A stretch of DNA of 64,000 bases from Amoebophrya sp. A120 (taxonomy: Eukaryota > Protista > Dinoflagellata). Positions 8,828 to 21,348 of this stretch are shown in pieces. A program made the position numbers and the translations under genes. Location: contig CAJINV010000004.1 in the NCBI GenBank assembly GCA_905178155.1, positions 6,550,828-6,614,827 of the forward strand. The letters run 5' to 3'. The stretch's first letter is position 1, and the number at the start of each line of letters is the position of its first letter. Below the pieces are notes generated by a model, which was given only the letters and a program-made list of their open reading frames with translations, made no database searches and was not told where the DNA came from.

Positions 8828-11573
8828 CTGTCTCCAGACGCAGCCCTCCCTGATCGTCAGCCCCACCATGGGGTATTCCTTCAGCCAGAACCGGACCACG
8901 AACACCACCGTGAATGCGGGGATCGGTACGTCGGTGGGCTCCGTCACCGCGGACAGCAGGCTCTCGCTCGCCTCCGTCACCGACGCGATTTGCGATGTGA
9001 TCGAGCAACGGGCGGACCGGAATATGAACTACTATGCATTTTTGCAAATATGTCTGGGTCTGGGAACTTGTGATGCTAATCTGCGGATCACAGGCAACTA
9101 CCTCGAATACGGGGACACGCATGACAAATTTCTGAGCGACTAGGTCTTGCGTAAACTGCATGAGAAGCTGCGTAGTTTTTGCATTACAAAATAAAAGCCG
9201 CGCGGTCGCGTAACATGCATGGCAGATCTTTGTCTCCTGTCAGCAGAGCATTACAGATCTCGCAATCTACTTCCAGGCCCAGACATATCTGCACTCCATA
9301 ACTACGGTGTGGTTTTGATCCCGGACGGGCTTTTGGCTTTGATTCCGGAGATGCGGGAGCTAGTGGAGGAAGTATGAAAGTGCACAACTCGTCCCCCTCC
9401 CCCTCATTTGTATAGCATGAAGAGCAGTACAAACACGACCACAAATGGAGCCTATGCATGACAAGTTTGTGTGCCTAACCATAGTACTGTTTGGGCTTCC
9501 GGAATTTGTCATGCAAGCAGTGCCATAAGGATAAGGGAGCGACCACTGGATTTGGTATTTTGCATTACAAATGAGGGGGAGGGGGAGTTTTGTGCACTGT
9601 CATAGGAGGTGAACGCGATCCACAAGTCGAAACGGGTTTTTCCAAAGAAAGTTTCGGATTTAGTTGGGTTGTTGTCCCCCTTCTCGCACGGGGTCTTTTC
9701 CAACCTGCCCGATCAGATTCAGTATCCTATGTAAAAACGTCCCCACACCAAAGTCAAGATGGGAAGTCTGCAACACAAATCCCCAAGTTTTGGGGGTTTT
9801 GCATGACAAATTTCCATCTGCAGTGTAGTACTGGCTGGCAAGGAAACCCGCATGACAAAGCCATTTTCTCGTCCTGTTTACAGCATTACAAATTCCAAAA
9901 CACGACTGGAAATGCCTCTCATGGAAGTGCGCATTACAAATCTTCCAGTCATTGCGCATTTGCATGACAACTCTGGGGTGGGGACGTTTTTACACAGGAT
10001 ATTCAGTACCAGATTCTCACCTTCGCCAGCCCTTCGAACGACGAGTTTCATAGCCGGTACGTATCCTGTGCAAGAGTATCGTACTCGTACTAATTGCGTT
10101 TATGCATGACAAGTCTTGTCCTTAAGGTAAAACAGCATGACAAAATCCAGCTCTCCTGCTGAGGAAATTTGTAATGCATTTATACGACGAGTACGATGCT
10201 TTTGCAATGCATAGTATGTGGACGTCGCCAACATCGAGGCGGAACTGCTTTTGCGCGGGCTGGTCGAGTCGGAACTGTCGAGGAGAAAAGGGTTCGGGCA
10301 GTACCGGGGCGGCGGGTTCCTGTGTCACACGCACAGTCTGTCGCACCAGGCGAGATCCGCTCTGCCAACCAATCACGATTGCAATCTGGGGTACACGTTG
10401 GGGTACACAGCGGCGCTGTTTGCATTGGAAAGCAAAACGGGCCTGCTGGTCACGGTGGAGAACCAGGCAACGGACTCGGTATAATGGTTGCCCGGCAGCA
10501 GCTTGACAGACTGCTTTTTTTTTGTTATATTCCCAGAACTTCTTTCGTTCTACCCGGTCGTCCTTGCTGCAACATCTGCCATTCGTGCTGGGCCTGGGTC
10601 ATTGACATGATAGTAATCAAGCATAAGCATGCCATTATCAATCAGGTTGACAACTGGATCGTTGGCGGCGCCGTGCTCTCCCACCTCGTTTCCATCAAGG
10701 AGACTAACATCGGGATAAGACGCACCGACAAGGCCGCCCGCGCGTATTCCGTGCGGATGGAATCTGCCCACGGACCGGACGATTTGGTGTCGGAGGCACT
10801 GGCGAGCGGGCAGCTTCTCCCCCCGCCAGTCGACCGCGAGCCAGTGAACCCTATCAAATGCAAAAATGTCTGGGTCTGGAAGAATCCGAACTTGTGATGC
10901 TGGGTTTGGATTCCAAAAAAATCTGTATTGCATGACCAGCAAAGGGAATGCAATTTTGGCTACGCGGAGAGGGCATTTGTGATGCGGAATAGGCATCGCG
11001 AAGCCCTCGAAAAGTCTGTGATGCTACCGCATGCATTACAGACATCATGGCCCATGCTAAACGTGCATGACAAGTCTCAGAATCTTCCAGACCCAGGCAT
11101 TTTTGCATTTGAGAAACCCCGGGCCGGTGCAGTTTTCCGGGCCGCTAGCGGAGACGAAACTGATCACGCAGCGGTTGCTGGCGCCGAGCGGGAACGCGCT
11201 GCGGCAAGTGGAGAAATTGTGCAAGGAGATTAAACTACTCGCGTCCGCAAACTGCCGCAGCAAAGTGCTCGACGGGCTCTGTGCGTACATGAAATCGGGG
11301 TTGGACCTGGTGAATCTGTCTACCAGTTATGCAATACAAATTTCCCGCACATGTACAAAATACATCGCAAATTTCGCCAGTCTGGAGTGTAGGAACACTT
11401 GTCATGCTAAATTAGGATCGAAGGTAGGTTTACTCATGCAGACACCACATGTGTACGTGTAGGTCGTGTGCGGAAAATTTACTGTGGATACCAGTAGTGG
11501 CGCCAGTGCAACGAACCAACTGGCGGTCTCTGCCGTGCGACCGCGACCCAGTGTCAGAAGTAAGAGCAAATGA
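8828..11573 (+). CDS. PPi-dependent-family phosphofructokinase, C-terminal (alpha/regulatory-like) half; 3' exons only, multi-exon
   Basis: Joining exons across the introners gives NYGVVLIPDGLLALIPE, IEAELLLRGLVESELSRRK, HSLSHQARSALPTNHDCNLGYTLG, KTGLL, VDNWIVGG and NPGPVQF, typical of PFP-alpha/alveolate PFK C-halves. One GT-AG intron at 10479-10645; stop TGA at 11571-11573. Confidence 0.8.
9033..9300. mobile_element. TIR introner, family A
   Basis: TIR core tgtctgggtctgg / ccaggcccagaca; DR actac. Confidence 0.85.
9373..9604. mobile_element. TIR introner, family E-like (C/G-run TIR)
   Basis: tatgaaagtgcacaa..ccccctccccctcatttg / caaatgagggggaggggg..tgtgcactgtcata; DR ggaag/ggagg. Confidence 0.8.
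9723..10001. mobile_element. TIR introner, family C
   Basis: tatcctatgtaaaaacgtcccca / tggggacgtttttacacaggata; DR ttcag. Confidence 0.88.
10062..10213. mobile_element. TIR introner, family B
   Basis: tatcctgtgcaagagtatcgtactcgt / acgagtacgatgcttttgcaatgcata; DR gtacg/gtatg. Confidence 0.85.
10852..11114. mobile_element. TIR introner, family A (uninterrupted, opposite orientation to the LINE-hit copy)
   Basis: tatcaaatgcaaaaatgtctgggtctggaag TIR; DR aaccc; carries the empty target atctgtattgcatgaccagc. Confidence 0.88.
11328..11490. mobile_element. TIR introner, family G
   Basis: tatgcaatacaaatttcccgcaca / tgtgcggaaaatttactgtggata; DR ccagt. Confidence 0.8.
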
Positions 11574-12309
11574 TGAAAGAATGTGAAGGTGCCGGGCGTG
11601 GCTAACTTTACTGTATCCTAACGTCTGTGTTTCTCTCTCCCTCTTCATCGCTCTTCTAGGATTATTTGACCGTCATCTAGAAGACACTTGGTTGATAGTC
11701 GAAGTAAGATAAGCTGCAAAGTTACCAAAAAGTTACCTTGTTTTGATGAAAAATGACTCGCTCTGAGAGCGGAATCGTAAAAGCAATCCCAAAAATCTCC
11801 TCGTGCTTTGAACATGCTTCTCTTGCTGCTGAGTGTGAGTTCAGCCCTCACGACTTTGTTCGACGCAAACTGTGTCCACAGAAAAATTTGAGAACGAAGT
11901 CGTTGCGCAAAGTTGTTGTTTCCAAAGATGAATGTTGAACAAAGAACGGATTTGTTTTCTTGCGAGCTGTTTGTGTGTGCGTGAGAAGGACAAAGAAGAA
12001 GAACACACTGTGCAAAAAAGCTGTGAAAGTGAAGATGTTGGCTCCGTGCTTGAGATTTTTGACGGAAAAAAAGCGAAGTTCTCAAACATGCTCGAAGATT
12101 TGGTTAGTGCTGGTGTGACGACGCGGTGAACGAGAATGAATACTGTGATTGACGTCGCGTGCTCTACTTCCCAAAGTGGAAAAAACTAATTGCTGCTTCA
12201 TGTACTTTCGAATGGTGTGGTGTGCGTTGCGGTGCTGTAAATTAGACCACAAATACCTAGAAAGAAGCTGAAAGTTTTTCCCTAGGAGTAGCGGAGGAAG
12301 ATCGAAAAA

Positions 12310-15300
12310 ATGGTCGGCTCACCCAGGAGCCCTCTGGGCAGCCCCGGGCCGTCGGAGTTCGGCGCACGGTCGGAGCGGCCATCGCCCTCGGTTTACCGGT
12401 CCCCCACGGGACGAACGCCTGCTGGGAGTGCGGGAGGCAGCGGGAGACGAAAAAGGAATCGCCACTATCGTGCGGATATTGGTATGATCGGACAAGCGTT
12501 TATCTACTATAATGCATTTGACTTTTTGCAGAAAATTTCTTGTTTTGGTGCGCAAAATGAAGCCTGGGTGTTGCTACAGCGTCTTTATGGTGTTCGTCAC
12601 TACATCTATTTTTCACGCGCCTTTATTGGTGTTCTATTCTTTTTCTCAGGTACCTTGGTCGACAGCAATGCGATGGCGCGACCACGGAATCTGAACGCTG
12701 CCTTTGCGGGGGAGCAGGACACGCTTAACACGGATAACCCGAGCTACACAGGCCCGAACAAGATTAACCAGGACCATTTGCATGCCACCTTCACGAATTT
12801 CATCCGGAAGTACATTCCGGAGGGGGAGATGGCAAAGCAGGGGGACGAGGGGTACTACTTGACGCTGCTCCGGTATCCAGGAAGAAAAGTGTGCATTAGT
12901 GTAACTTTGTAGGATGAAGACTAGCATCACAAATTCGCTCTGCATTATTTGTAGAAAAAATCGCTGATGCGCAGATAGAGCGTGAAATAAACACGTATGG
13001 TGTCTGAGGCTACTAAAACGCACAACCAGCATGACAAGCGTGACTGTCTTGTATCATCTGCAACACAAACTTACACTCGCGCAGTTTTTTTCTTGCATAT
13101 CTGAAAGGAGTGGGAGGCGGTACCGTCGAACCAGCTGGACCAGCGGGTCGACTTTCCGATTGATTTATCGCACGAAAGGACTGTTTTACTGTAAGCTTGT
13201 GATGCATAGAATGGAACACAGAAGCATGTGTCATGGTAGTAGACATGCAAGGCAGTGCATTTTCGGGCGTGGAGTTGTGCCTTCGGAAGCACGCATGGTA
13301 AAAAAATCTTCCTTGTCATGTACAAGTGAAACAACTTCTTATGCAAAATTTGCAATAAAATGCTTTACAGTGAAACACTTTTTCTCACGATATCATTGCC
13401 ATCACTTGCACTTTTTTAACGCGGATCTGTACACGAATCTGGTCAACTTCCCCGCGGATATCATTGCGTTGATGGACCGGGTGCTGTGGGAATTTTCGAC
13501 GGGAATTTTGAAGGAGCTGAACCTTATCCTTACAGGAAAAGACAGGCGCGTCTTATTTGTAATGCAAAAATGGATACACATTCATATTGCTATTGCATGT
13601 CCTAAACAGCACGTTATGGGCTCGCCCATGACAGATCTTTCTGTGTATATATTTTTGCATTACAAATGTGGCCTGCCCCTGCCGGTCTTTTTGCGTGGGA
13701 TAAGCCTGGAAATCAACGAGGAGTCGGATGTGAACATCCGGGCAAAAACCTACAACCTCCTGGACCAGGATTTCCGGAAGATGCGAGATCTGGAACCCGC
13801 TGACATTGAAAAATTGGTGTCGACGCAAGGTATGACAGTGTGATAAGGGACTGCTGCTGTAGTGACAGGCTCTTCTTTTTCTCCATGTTCTTGGAAGGAC
13901 AATCTGGGTGCGATTTTATAAATTTTTTTTCCTTGCTCATGGATGCTGAACAAGATGTGCGAATCGGCATCTCCATTTTTGCAAGCAAACAGGTATCGTG
14001 ATCCGTTGCAGCGACTTGATTCCCGACATGAACCAGGCCGTGTTCGCCTGCACGACGCAGGGGTGCGACGAGCACGTCACCGTCGGCGTGAACAAATTCC
14101 GGGTGTTCGAGCCGCAGCGCTGCGACTCGTGTGGACAGTCGTCCAGCTACACGCTGAAGCACAACTTGTGCGAGTTATCCAAGAAAAAAAGTGTGTAAGT
14201 GTAACTTCCTAGCAAGAACAGCATCACAAATTCGTTTTCTTTGCATTACAGGGAAAACCTGTCATGCGCAGCTAGTACGTGGAAACACGCATGAAAGTTG
14301 CCTATGACGCACATCCGGCATGAAAAGCGTATTCAGTCTTGCATTTTCTGCACCACAGACTTACACTTACACAGTTTTTTTCTTGCATACGAGTTCGGCA
14401 ACAAGCAGTACGTGAAACTCCAGGAGACGCCGGAATCCATCCCGCCCGGTGAGTATCAATCGCTAATATGTCTGGGTCTGGAAAGTTGTGATGCTGGGCT
14501 GTACATGGGTGACACGCTTTCGCATGCAGCCAAGCGTGACAAGTTTCGAGAACTACCCCTTTTCATACCCAGTCCGCATGAGAAACTGCACTTTTGTTCC
14601 ATACCAAATGAGGCTGCGACTTTTGTCGGTGTTGCAATACAAACTTCGCAGCAATGTACGAGCAGCATCACAAGTTCCAACTTTCCAGATCCAGACATGT
14701 TTGCACTGGATAGTGAGACTCCGCAGACGATTCAACTGTACTGTTTCGACGAGCTGTATGACGTGATGAAGCCCGGTGACCGGGTGGAACTGACGGGTAT
14801 TCTCCGCGGGAGCAGCCAGCGGAGCAACTTCATGCAGCGGCGGCAGCGGGCGGTGTACCGCACCTTCATCGACGCGATCGCGGTCCGACGGGAAAACACG
14901 TCAGACAAGTCCACGATCGACCCGGACGCGACCTTTGTCCCGCTGTCCGACGAGTACGACACGAACCCGAGCAAGGTGGGCGAGCAACAGGCGATGCTAA
15001 ACCAGAAAATCCGCGCTTTGGCGAAGGAAACCGACGACCAGGGGCAGCTGACGATCCGGCAAAAGCTGATCGAGTCCATCGCGCCGTCCATTCACGAGCT
15101 GGAGCACGTGAAGCGGGGGCTGCTGTGCCAGCTGTTTGAGGGGACGACCAAAGTGACCGCGGACAAAGCGGCGCAGATGCGGGGGCGGTTTCGCGAGCAG
15201 ATCCACATTTTGCTCTGCGGGGACCCCAGTACCGCGAAGTCGCAGCTGATGACCGCGGTGAACAAGTTGGCGACGCGGGGGGTCATCACCAGCGGCAAGG

Positions 15301-17497
15301 GCTCCTCCGCCACCGGGTTGACAGCGTACATCACGAAAGACCCGGAGACGCGGGACATCATCCTCGAATCCGGAGCGTTGGTGTTGTCGGACAGGGGGGT
15401 CTGCGGTATCGACGAATTTGACAAAATGGACGATTCCACCCGCGCCGTGTTGAACGAAGCGATGGAGCAGCAAACCGTGTCCGTAGCGAAGGCCGGGATT
15501 GTGTGCAGTCTGAACGCCAAGGTGTCGATTCTAGCCACCGCGAACCCGATTAACTCGAGGTACTACAGATGTGAAGGAGACAGATATGTTTCACCTAAAG
15601 CAACAGAAAGACTTTGCAGGTTCTGATGTGCATCTTTTGTGAGTCTGTCGGTCTGCGCTTTCATCATGCGCTTAGAGATGTTGGCTTCGCATAAACGAAA
15701 ACACACATGCAAATATGAAAACCACCTCAGATACGACCCCAGCAAGACTATTATGGAGAACATCAACCTCCCCGCAACACTGACGTCTCGTTTTGACTTG
15801 GTGTACCTGATGCTGGACAAGCAGGACCCGGTGGCCGACCAGCTCCTCGCGCGGCACATCGTCGGGATGTTCTCCCAGCAGGGGCGCCAGGCGGAGCGGG
15901 AGCCCACCATCGATCGGTCCACGTTCCGCTCCTACATCGACTTCGCAAAGAAGCGCTGTCGTCCGCGGCTGATGGAGGACGCGAAGGTGGAACTAGCGGA
16001 AAGATATTTGAACCTCCGGACCGGCACCGCATCGGACGGGGCGGTGTGCGCGACACCCAGAATGCTGGAGTCCCTCATCCGCCTGGCGGAGGCCTTCGCG
16101 AAGATGGAGCTGCGGGAGCAGGTGACAAAACAGGACGTGAACGACGCGTACGAACTTTTGAACGAAGCTATCAAAAGGAAAAATCCCCCCTCCCCATACT
16201 CGAAAAGGAAATCTGTGATGCTGGATTTGCGTACACAAATCTGATTTGTCTTGCAGTAGGGGACTGCATTCCCATATCGTGCCGCAGTCCAGAGGTTTTG
16301 GCCTAGGCACTTAGCATGGGGACCGTCTATGCCGTAGGCCCAACAGCATTACAAACCGACTGAAAAATATGGCGGAGCCTGTGGCATTGCTTTCTTGCGT
16401 CACAGGTGCGATTTGTGGTCACAAATCAGCATGACTAATTTTTTGAGGCGTGCCCTTTCGATATGGGGAGGGGGGATTTTTCCTTGCAATAGAAGCAACG
16501 TTCAAATCCGCGGTGGATCCGGTCACGGGCAAGATCGACATGCAAGCGCTGATATCAAATGCAAAAATGTCTGGGTCTGGAAGAATACAAACTTGTGATG
16601 CGCATTTTGGAACACAGCAAAATCTCTCATGCATAGGCAGCACAAGTTGCCCACTTTCTGTCACCAAAGTCGGGGATTTGTCATGCGGATTCGGGATTGC
16701 GAAAGCTTCTCGAAACCTGTGATGCTGGAGCTTCCATGCCAGACCTTCTGTGTCATGCAAAAACAGCATGACCCTTCCAGACCCAGACATGTTTGCAATC
16801 CATACCTGCGGACCGGGGTCTCGGTGCGTGAAAGGCAGATCATGGAGCTGGGGGCCAAAGTGCTCGTGGAATTCGTATTGACCAATTTAAATTTTCTATT
16901 ATAAGTTTTTTGTTTTGGGATAAGCACGACATAGAAACTTCTGCTCTACTTCTTCAGGCTTGATTGTCATGGTGGCATTCAACGTAGCTGCTTTCGGCAA
17001 CAAGACGAGAACTGTAGTTTTGCCATTGGTCTTCACCTCCAGAGTTGCGTTCCCTTCTTCTCCCCCGCCCTTTCTGGGAATCACTACAAAAAAAATCAAA
17101 AACAGGTGAAAGAGGAGGCCATGAGCTTACGGGACGCGCTGTCCAAGGTGAACCAAGTGCTACAAGACAAGAAGATGAACACACTCCGGTTCAAGCACTT
17201 GTATCACCCGGATTGCATTTTTGAGTGGAGTGAAATTTGCCCCGCGCACCAGCTTCAAAAGTTTGCACACAGGCACAAGAGAAGACGAAAAATATTCTGA
17301 CGTCTCATTCATCCGCTTCTCTACAGTGCTAAGTACAAGACTACAGTTGGCATCTGCGTTCCTTCGTATAGATTTCGTTCGCGTGACAAATTTCACGTGT
17401 CTCAAAATTCCAACTGCATAGCACGCGGGAAGTCGTGGACGGGCTGAAGCGGGAGGGTTCGCTGATCCAACGGGGCGACATGCTTTCGGCGCCGTAA
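12310..17497 (+). CDS. MCM4: DNA replication licensing factor MCM4 (multi-exon)
   Basis: SP-rich N-terminus; IRCSDLIPDM; C4 zinc motif; KQYVKLQETPESIPPGETP; Walker A ILLCGDPSTAKSQL; Walker B IDEFDKM; EAMEQQTVSVAKAGIVCSLNA; SRFD arginine finger; ATPRMLESLIRLAEA; DPVTGKIDM. Confidence 0.93.
12874..13099. mobile_element. TIR introner, family D
   Basis: tatccaggaagaaaagtgtg / cgcagtttttttcttgcata; DR tccgg/tctga; similar to 14176-14389. Confidence 0.8.
13166..13392. mobile_element. TIR introner, family D-related
   Basis: tatcgcacgaaaggactgttttactgtaa / ttacagtgaaacactttttctcacgata; DR tgatt/tcatt. Confidence 0.78.
13525..13702. mobile_element. TIR introner, family F
   Basis: tatccttacaggaaaagacaggc / gccggtctttttgcgtgggata; DR aacct/agcct. 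Confidence 0.75.
14176..14389. mobile_element. TIR introner, family D
   Basis: tatccaagaaaaaaagtgtgtaagtgtaa / ttacacttacacagtttttttcttgcata; DR cgagt. Confidence 0.88.
14454..14712. mobile_element. TIR introner, family A (frame-preserving, hidden in the ORF track)
   Basis: Family-A TIRs; DR gtgag; removal joins ESIPPGE-TPQT of MCM4. Confidence 0.88.
16169..16491. mobile_element. TIR introner, family E
   Basis: tatcaaaaggaaaaatcccccctccccata / tatggggaggggggatttttccttgcaata; DR gaagc. Confidence 0.88.
16553..16804. mobile_element. TIR introner, family A
   Basis: Family-A TIRs; degenerate DR gctga/cctgc. Confidence 0.82.
17202..17420. mobile_element. Degenerate TIR introner
   Basis: tatc..ttgcatttttgag..gtgaaatttg / caaatttcac..ctcaaaattccaactgcata; removal with 5 bp restores RFKHL-REVVDGL. 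Confidence 0.6.
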
Positions 17498-18792
17498 GGA
17501 GAGGTGGACCTCGAGGTTTCTGTCCTGGCTTAAGTATTTACTTACAAACATGCGGGGAGTACTTCTACCGACTGCTTCGTGTCGTGAAAAAGCGTGTTGT
17601 GGTGAAAACACGTGATGATCGCCATGATCTTCCGACTTACAATCGAGAACGTGTATCGTTTTCCTTCTACTAACATTAGTTTATGCTTTATTGGCTTGAG
17701 CAAAATTTCGCTCGCTCGCACGCACTTGTGGTGTTAGTTTTTTTTTGGCAAAATAGTTTACTTATTTGAAAGAGAAAGTTGCATCTACTGCGACTGAGTC
17801 GCGGCCCATGCTGCACAGTAAGATCCTGCAGCATCAGTCAAAGTCACTGATGCGGAGGACAGTTTTAGTTTTTTTGGTTCCAAGCAAAATGTTTGTTTTG
17901 AAAAATTGATGACAAGTGATTGCTGTCCGGCAGAGGCAATAGTGGTATGTTATGATGCCAGATCATCATCCCAGCGGAGCGGAATAAAAGAAGCTGCGCG
18001 GAAGGCATATTTTCGGCCTTTTTCGCTGTCCCCTTTCTTGTATTGTAAGCAGGATTTTTGTGTCGACAACTTATTTCTCGGTGTTTGATTCATCTGAAAT
18101 AAAGGTTGATTGCCCCGACATCTGAAACAAAAAGTTGTGCCTTTCAGAACCCTCGACGCTCGCTCCTGCACAGCAGAAGTTCATCTTGTCGGTATGATCT
18201 ATTGCAGCGCTAAATTACCAAAAAACGAAGCTACATCGGTGATATTTTACTGGTTTTCAATATAGTTCGGGCTCGGCTCGCAACTGCTTCTCAAAGTGAG
18301 ATCTTTTCTCCACTGCCGCATTTGATTGCGTTTCGGACCGCCAGCAAGTTGTGGCTGAAGCACTGGATCTCGGTCTCGGTCTGGATTCGGTGGCATCGGT
18401 GCCTTTAGTGCTGTCATGGCGTGTGAGTCTGGAGACTTTGAAGAGTCGGTGATCACGACTTTTGCGAATGCTAATCACGCGCAGAACATAAATAGTGTAC
18501 ATTGAATATTTTTAAACAAAGAATCAAAAGCGCAGGAGCCATGTGGCGCAGCAACCGATTTTGTTTTGTGGCTCGCTTGCAGAGTTGTAACTAGCGGTCT
18601 TAAAAAATTGTCTCAAAGTTTCCTTTATGATTTTCCACTGTATAATCGGCCAGCTTCAACATCATCATCTGTGCCGATGTACTGAGATTTTTGCTTACTA
18701 CTAGATCCACTTATTTAATGTGATTCGTTTTTCGACCTAGATATGCTTTAATAATTTTTCGTGTCAAACAAACACGCGTATCAAAGACAAAT

Positions 18793-21348
18793 ATGTCGAT
18801 GTCCGCTCGCACCTCAGAGGAGCAGCGGCGTTTGTTGAATGCCCAGGACAACGACAGGACCTCCTATGGAGCGGCAGAGGAGGGCGGTTCTAATATTCGC
18901 GGCAGCGCAGCGGAGGCCCATGGAGGAGGTGTTTATGCGTGAGAAAAGTTTTATTGTCATTGTCTTGCGTTTTTCGGCAGTCTAGGGTCAAATTCTGCTT
19001 TACGGATCTTTTTCTGATCTATAATGGAGAGACAAAATGTATAAATCCCGACGCAAGAAACTGTCCCCCGACGCTCGCGTGCTAAATGTATAAATCCACA
19101 GCATCAACATCTATGCGCCGTGAGAATATACAGCAATTGGGCCCGCCCTGTGGCTGTGCAACATGTTCCTTTTCTTGCGCATAGAGTCCCCCGCCATGGA
19201 CGCGGGTCTCCGAGAGTGGCCGGTGCCGGTGCAAGAAAAGGTGGCCCGGCACCAGTACAGCACGTCCACGGTAAAATGAACAGAGGCCCGCCACCCGCGG
19301 CGAACTACATGGGAGGTGGCCCGCCGCCGCCCAACTATAATATGGGAGGTGGCCCCCCACCGCCCAACTATAATATGGGAGGTGGCCCGCCGCCGCCCAA
19401 CTATGATATGGGAGGTGGCCCGCCCCTTGGTCCTCCTCTTCCGCCGAACTACTATGCCATTCCCGGCGCCGGACCACCGGCGCCTTCTAACTACTACGAC
19501 CCGAGTATGGAAGCGTCAGAATCGAAATCGTCAAAGTTGAAATAGTTTGTGATGCATAAAGTGATGCCAGTTGTCACTCAGTTTCTAAGTGGCGTATGAC
19601 AAATTTGGGTAGAACCGAAACCGAGTTTGTCATGCTGTTTAGGTAAAGAAGACGCCTTTTGTTATGCTACCTTGGCAGCTCAGTTTCTACCCCTCAACAG
19701 GCTTACAGTCTGCCTCACTTACCTACTCTGCAAGACAAGCACTGCGTGGGCTGCATTTTATGCATGACAAATCAATTCAGCTATGTCGATTTCGATGCTG
19801 ACACATCCATACCGAGACAGGCCGCGGCGCCGAGAAATTACGATGCCAACCGCGGCTTTGTCCCGCAACCGCAGCAGATGATGATGCAGAGGGCCCCCAC
19901 GGCGCCCTTCCCGAACGAGGTACCCGTAATTTTCCAGACGGGAATCAAGTACCAGTTTAACTACACCACGCTGGGCGCCTGTCCGATTTTTGTCAAGGGT
20001 TCGCACCAATGCGTGAGCATCATCCGGCACACGCTGGACCAAATGAAGGGCGTGCAAAAGCGCGCCGCGCGGCGGGACGGGAAAATGTTCGACTTTGCGC
20101 GGACGGAGTCCTTTATCTCACAGAATAAAGCAGGCAGAGGTCATGCTTGTAATGCAAAACTAAATAGACACAAAAAGAAACAAAAAGACCCGCATATCCG
20201 AAGTAACACACTATAAGCTCCTTCATGACAGATTTTTCTGCTATATGTTTTTTGCATTACAAATACGTCCTGCCTCCTTTTTTCTGCATGATATCCTTTC
20301 TGTTCGGCGTGTACCTGGTGGATCCGACTAACGGGCAGCTGCAGATGGCCGCGACGAAGCCCGAGTTCGACCGTAGTAACTGGGATTTCAAGACGTACGG
20401 CGACGACCACGAGTCCGAGCGGTTGCTAGGCAGTGCGAAAGTATCGCAATAGTACAAATCGCACGACAATAAATAATTTGTGAAGAAGAAAACTGATTCG
20501 AATTCCCCATGCAGAATGAGGCATGCGTGAGCATGACTGCGATTTTTAGAAGTACGAATGCGATGACTTTGCAGTGCATACTTGTACTTCGGAAACAGTT
20601 TGCAACGCCCCGTGGCGCTGCTCCACGCTGGGACGTTCGGGTGCTGCCCGGGCTGCGGGTGCGGGGAGCCGTACGTGGAGTTTGTGCGGAAGCTTGGGCG
20701 GCCGGTCAAAGATCCCCACCACATCATGGCCTCGAAGCGGTACGGGAGTAGATGTAGAGAAAAGTATTTCGTACAACAACCAAATCGACGCACACTGGTA
20801 CTAGAAAGAACAACTTTGTTCGAGGGCGTCGTGTGCACAGATGCAAGGCACACTCCTGTCATGATTTTCCCGCATCGCATAATTCTGTTTTGCAGAATGA
20901 CAAACATAGCAATCGCGTCTTCGCTCTGCATTTTTCCAACTTGTCGCGTACGAGCAGCAGGGAGATCTTGTTCTGTACCCATTCATTACTAAGCTGCGCA
21001 TAATGTAGTACAGTGCTGTCGGAGGTATACCTATACCCCTGGCGCCGACGAGTGTGTGAAGATCATGGCTAGTAGTAGTACAAGTACTTTTCACGACACT
21101 TGCATAAGCGTGAAATGGGGTGGAGCACGGGCCGGACGGAGTTTTATGTCGGGCCAAAAGGGGGGAACGGGCCAGCCTGTGTCCGGGTGGAGTACACAGA
21201 CAAGCACACGGATCCTGTAACCATCGAAATTCTGCAGGCGTGCACGGGCCGAGCGTCGGAGTTTGAGAAGCAGTTGGCCATGCTGTGCGGCGTTCGCTAC
21301 GCGTGCCGCATGCACCAGCAAAAAATCGATAATAGTGGATGTTGCTGA
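18793..21348 (+). CDS. Hypothetical protein with Pro/Gly-rich N-terminus and Cys-rich motif (possibly scramblase/tubby-like), multi-exon
   Basis: GC-rich exons join in frame across four introners. Contains NYNMGGGPPPP repeats, a GCCPGCGCG motif and a C-terminal GCC. Start exon and family assignment are weak. Confidence 0.55.
19309..19425 (+). repeat. 33-bp coding tandem repeat (~3.5 copies)
   Basis: atgggaggtggc recurs at 19309, 19342, 19375 and 19408, encoding MGGGPPPPNYN. Confidence 0.9.
19506..19811. mobile_element. TIR introner, family H
   Basis: tatggaagcgtcagaatcgaaatcg / cgatttcgatgctgacacatccata; DR ccgag. Confidence 0.85.
20114..20293. mobile_element. TIR introner, family F
   Basis: tatctcacagaataaagcaggcag / ctgcctccttttttctgcatgata; DR tcctt. 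Confidence 0.82.
20427..20580. mobile_element. TIR introner, family B (degenerate)
   Basis: taggcagtgcgaaagtatcgca / tgcgatgactttgcagtgcata; DR gttgc/cttgt. Confidence 0.7.
20741..21106. mobile_element. Degenerate TIR introner
   Basis: gaaaagtatttcgtacaacaac / gtagtagtacaagtacttttc..gcata; DR agcgg/agcgt. Confidence 0.65.
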
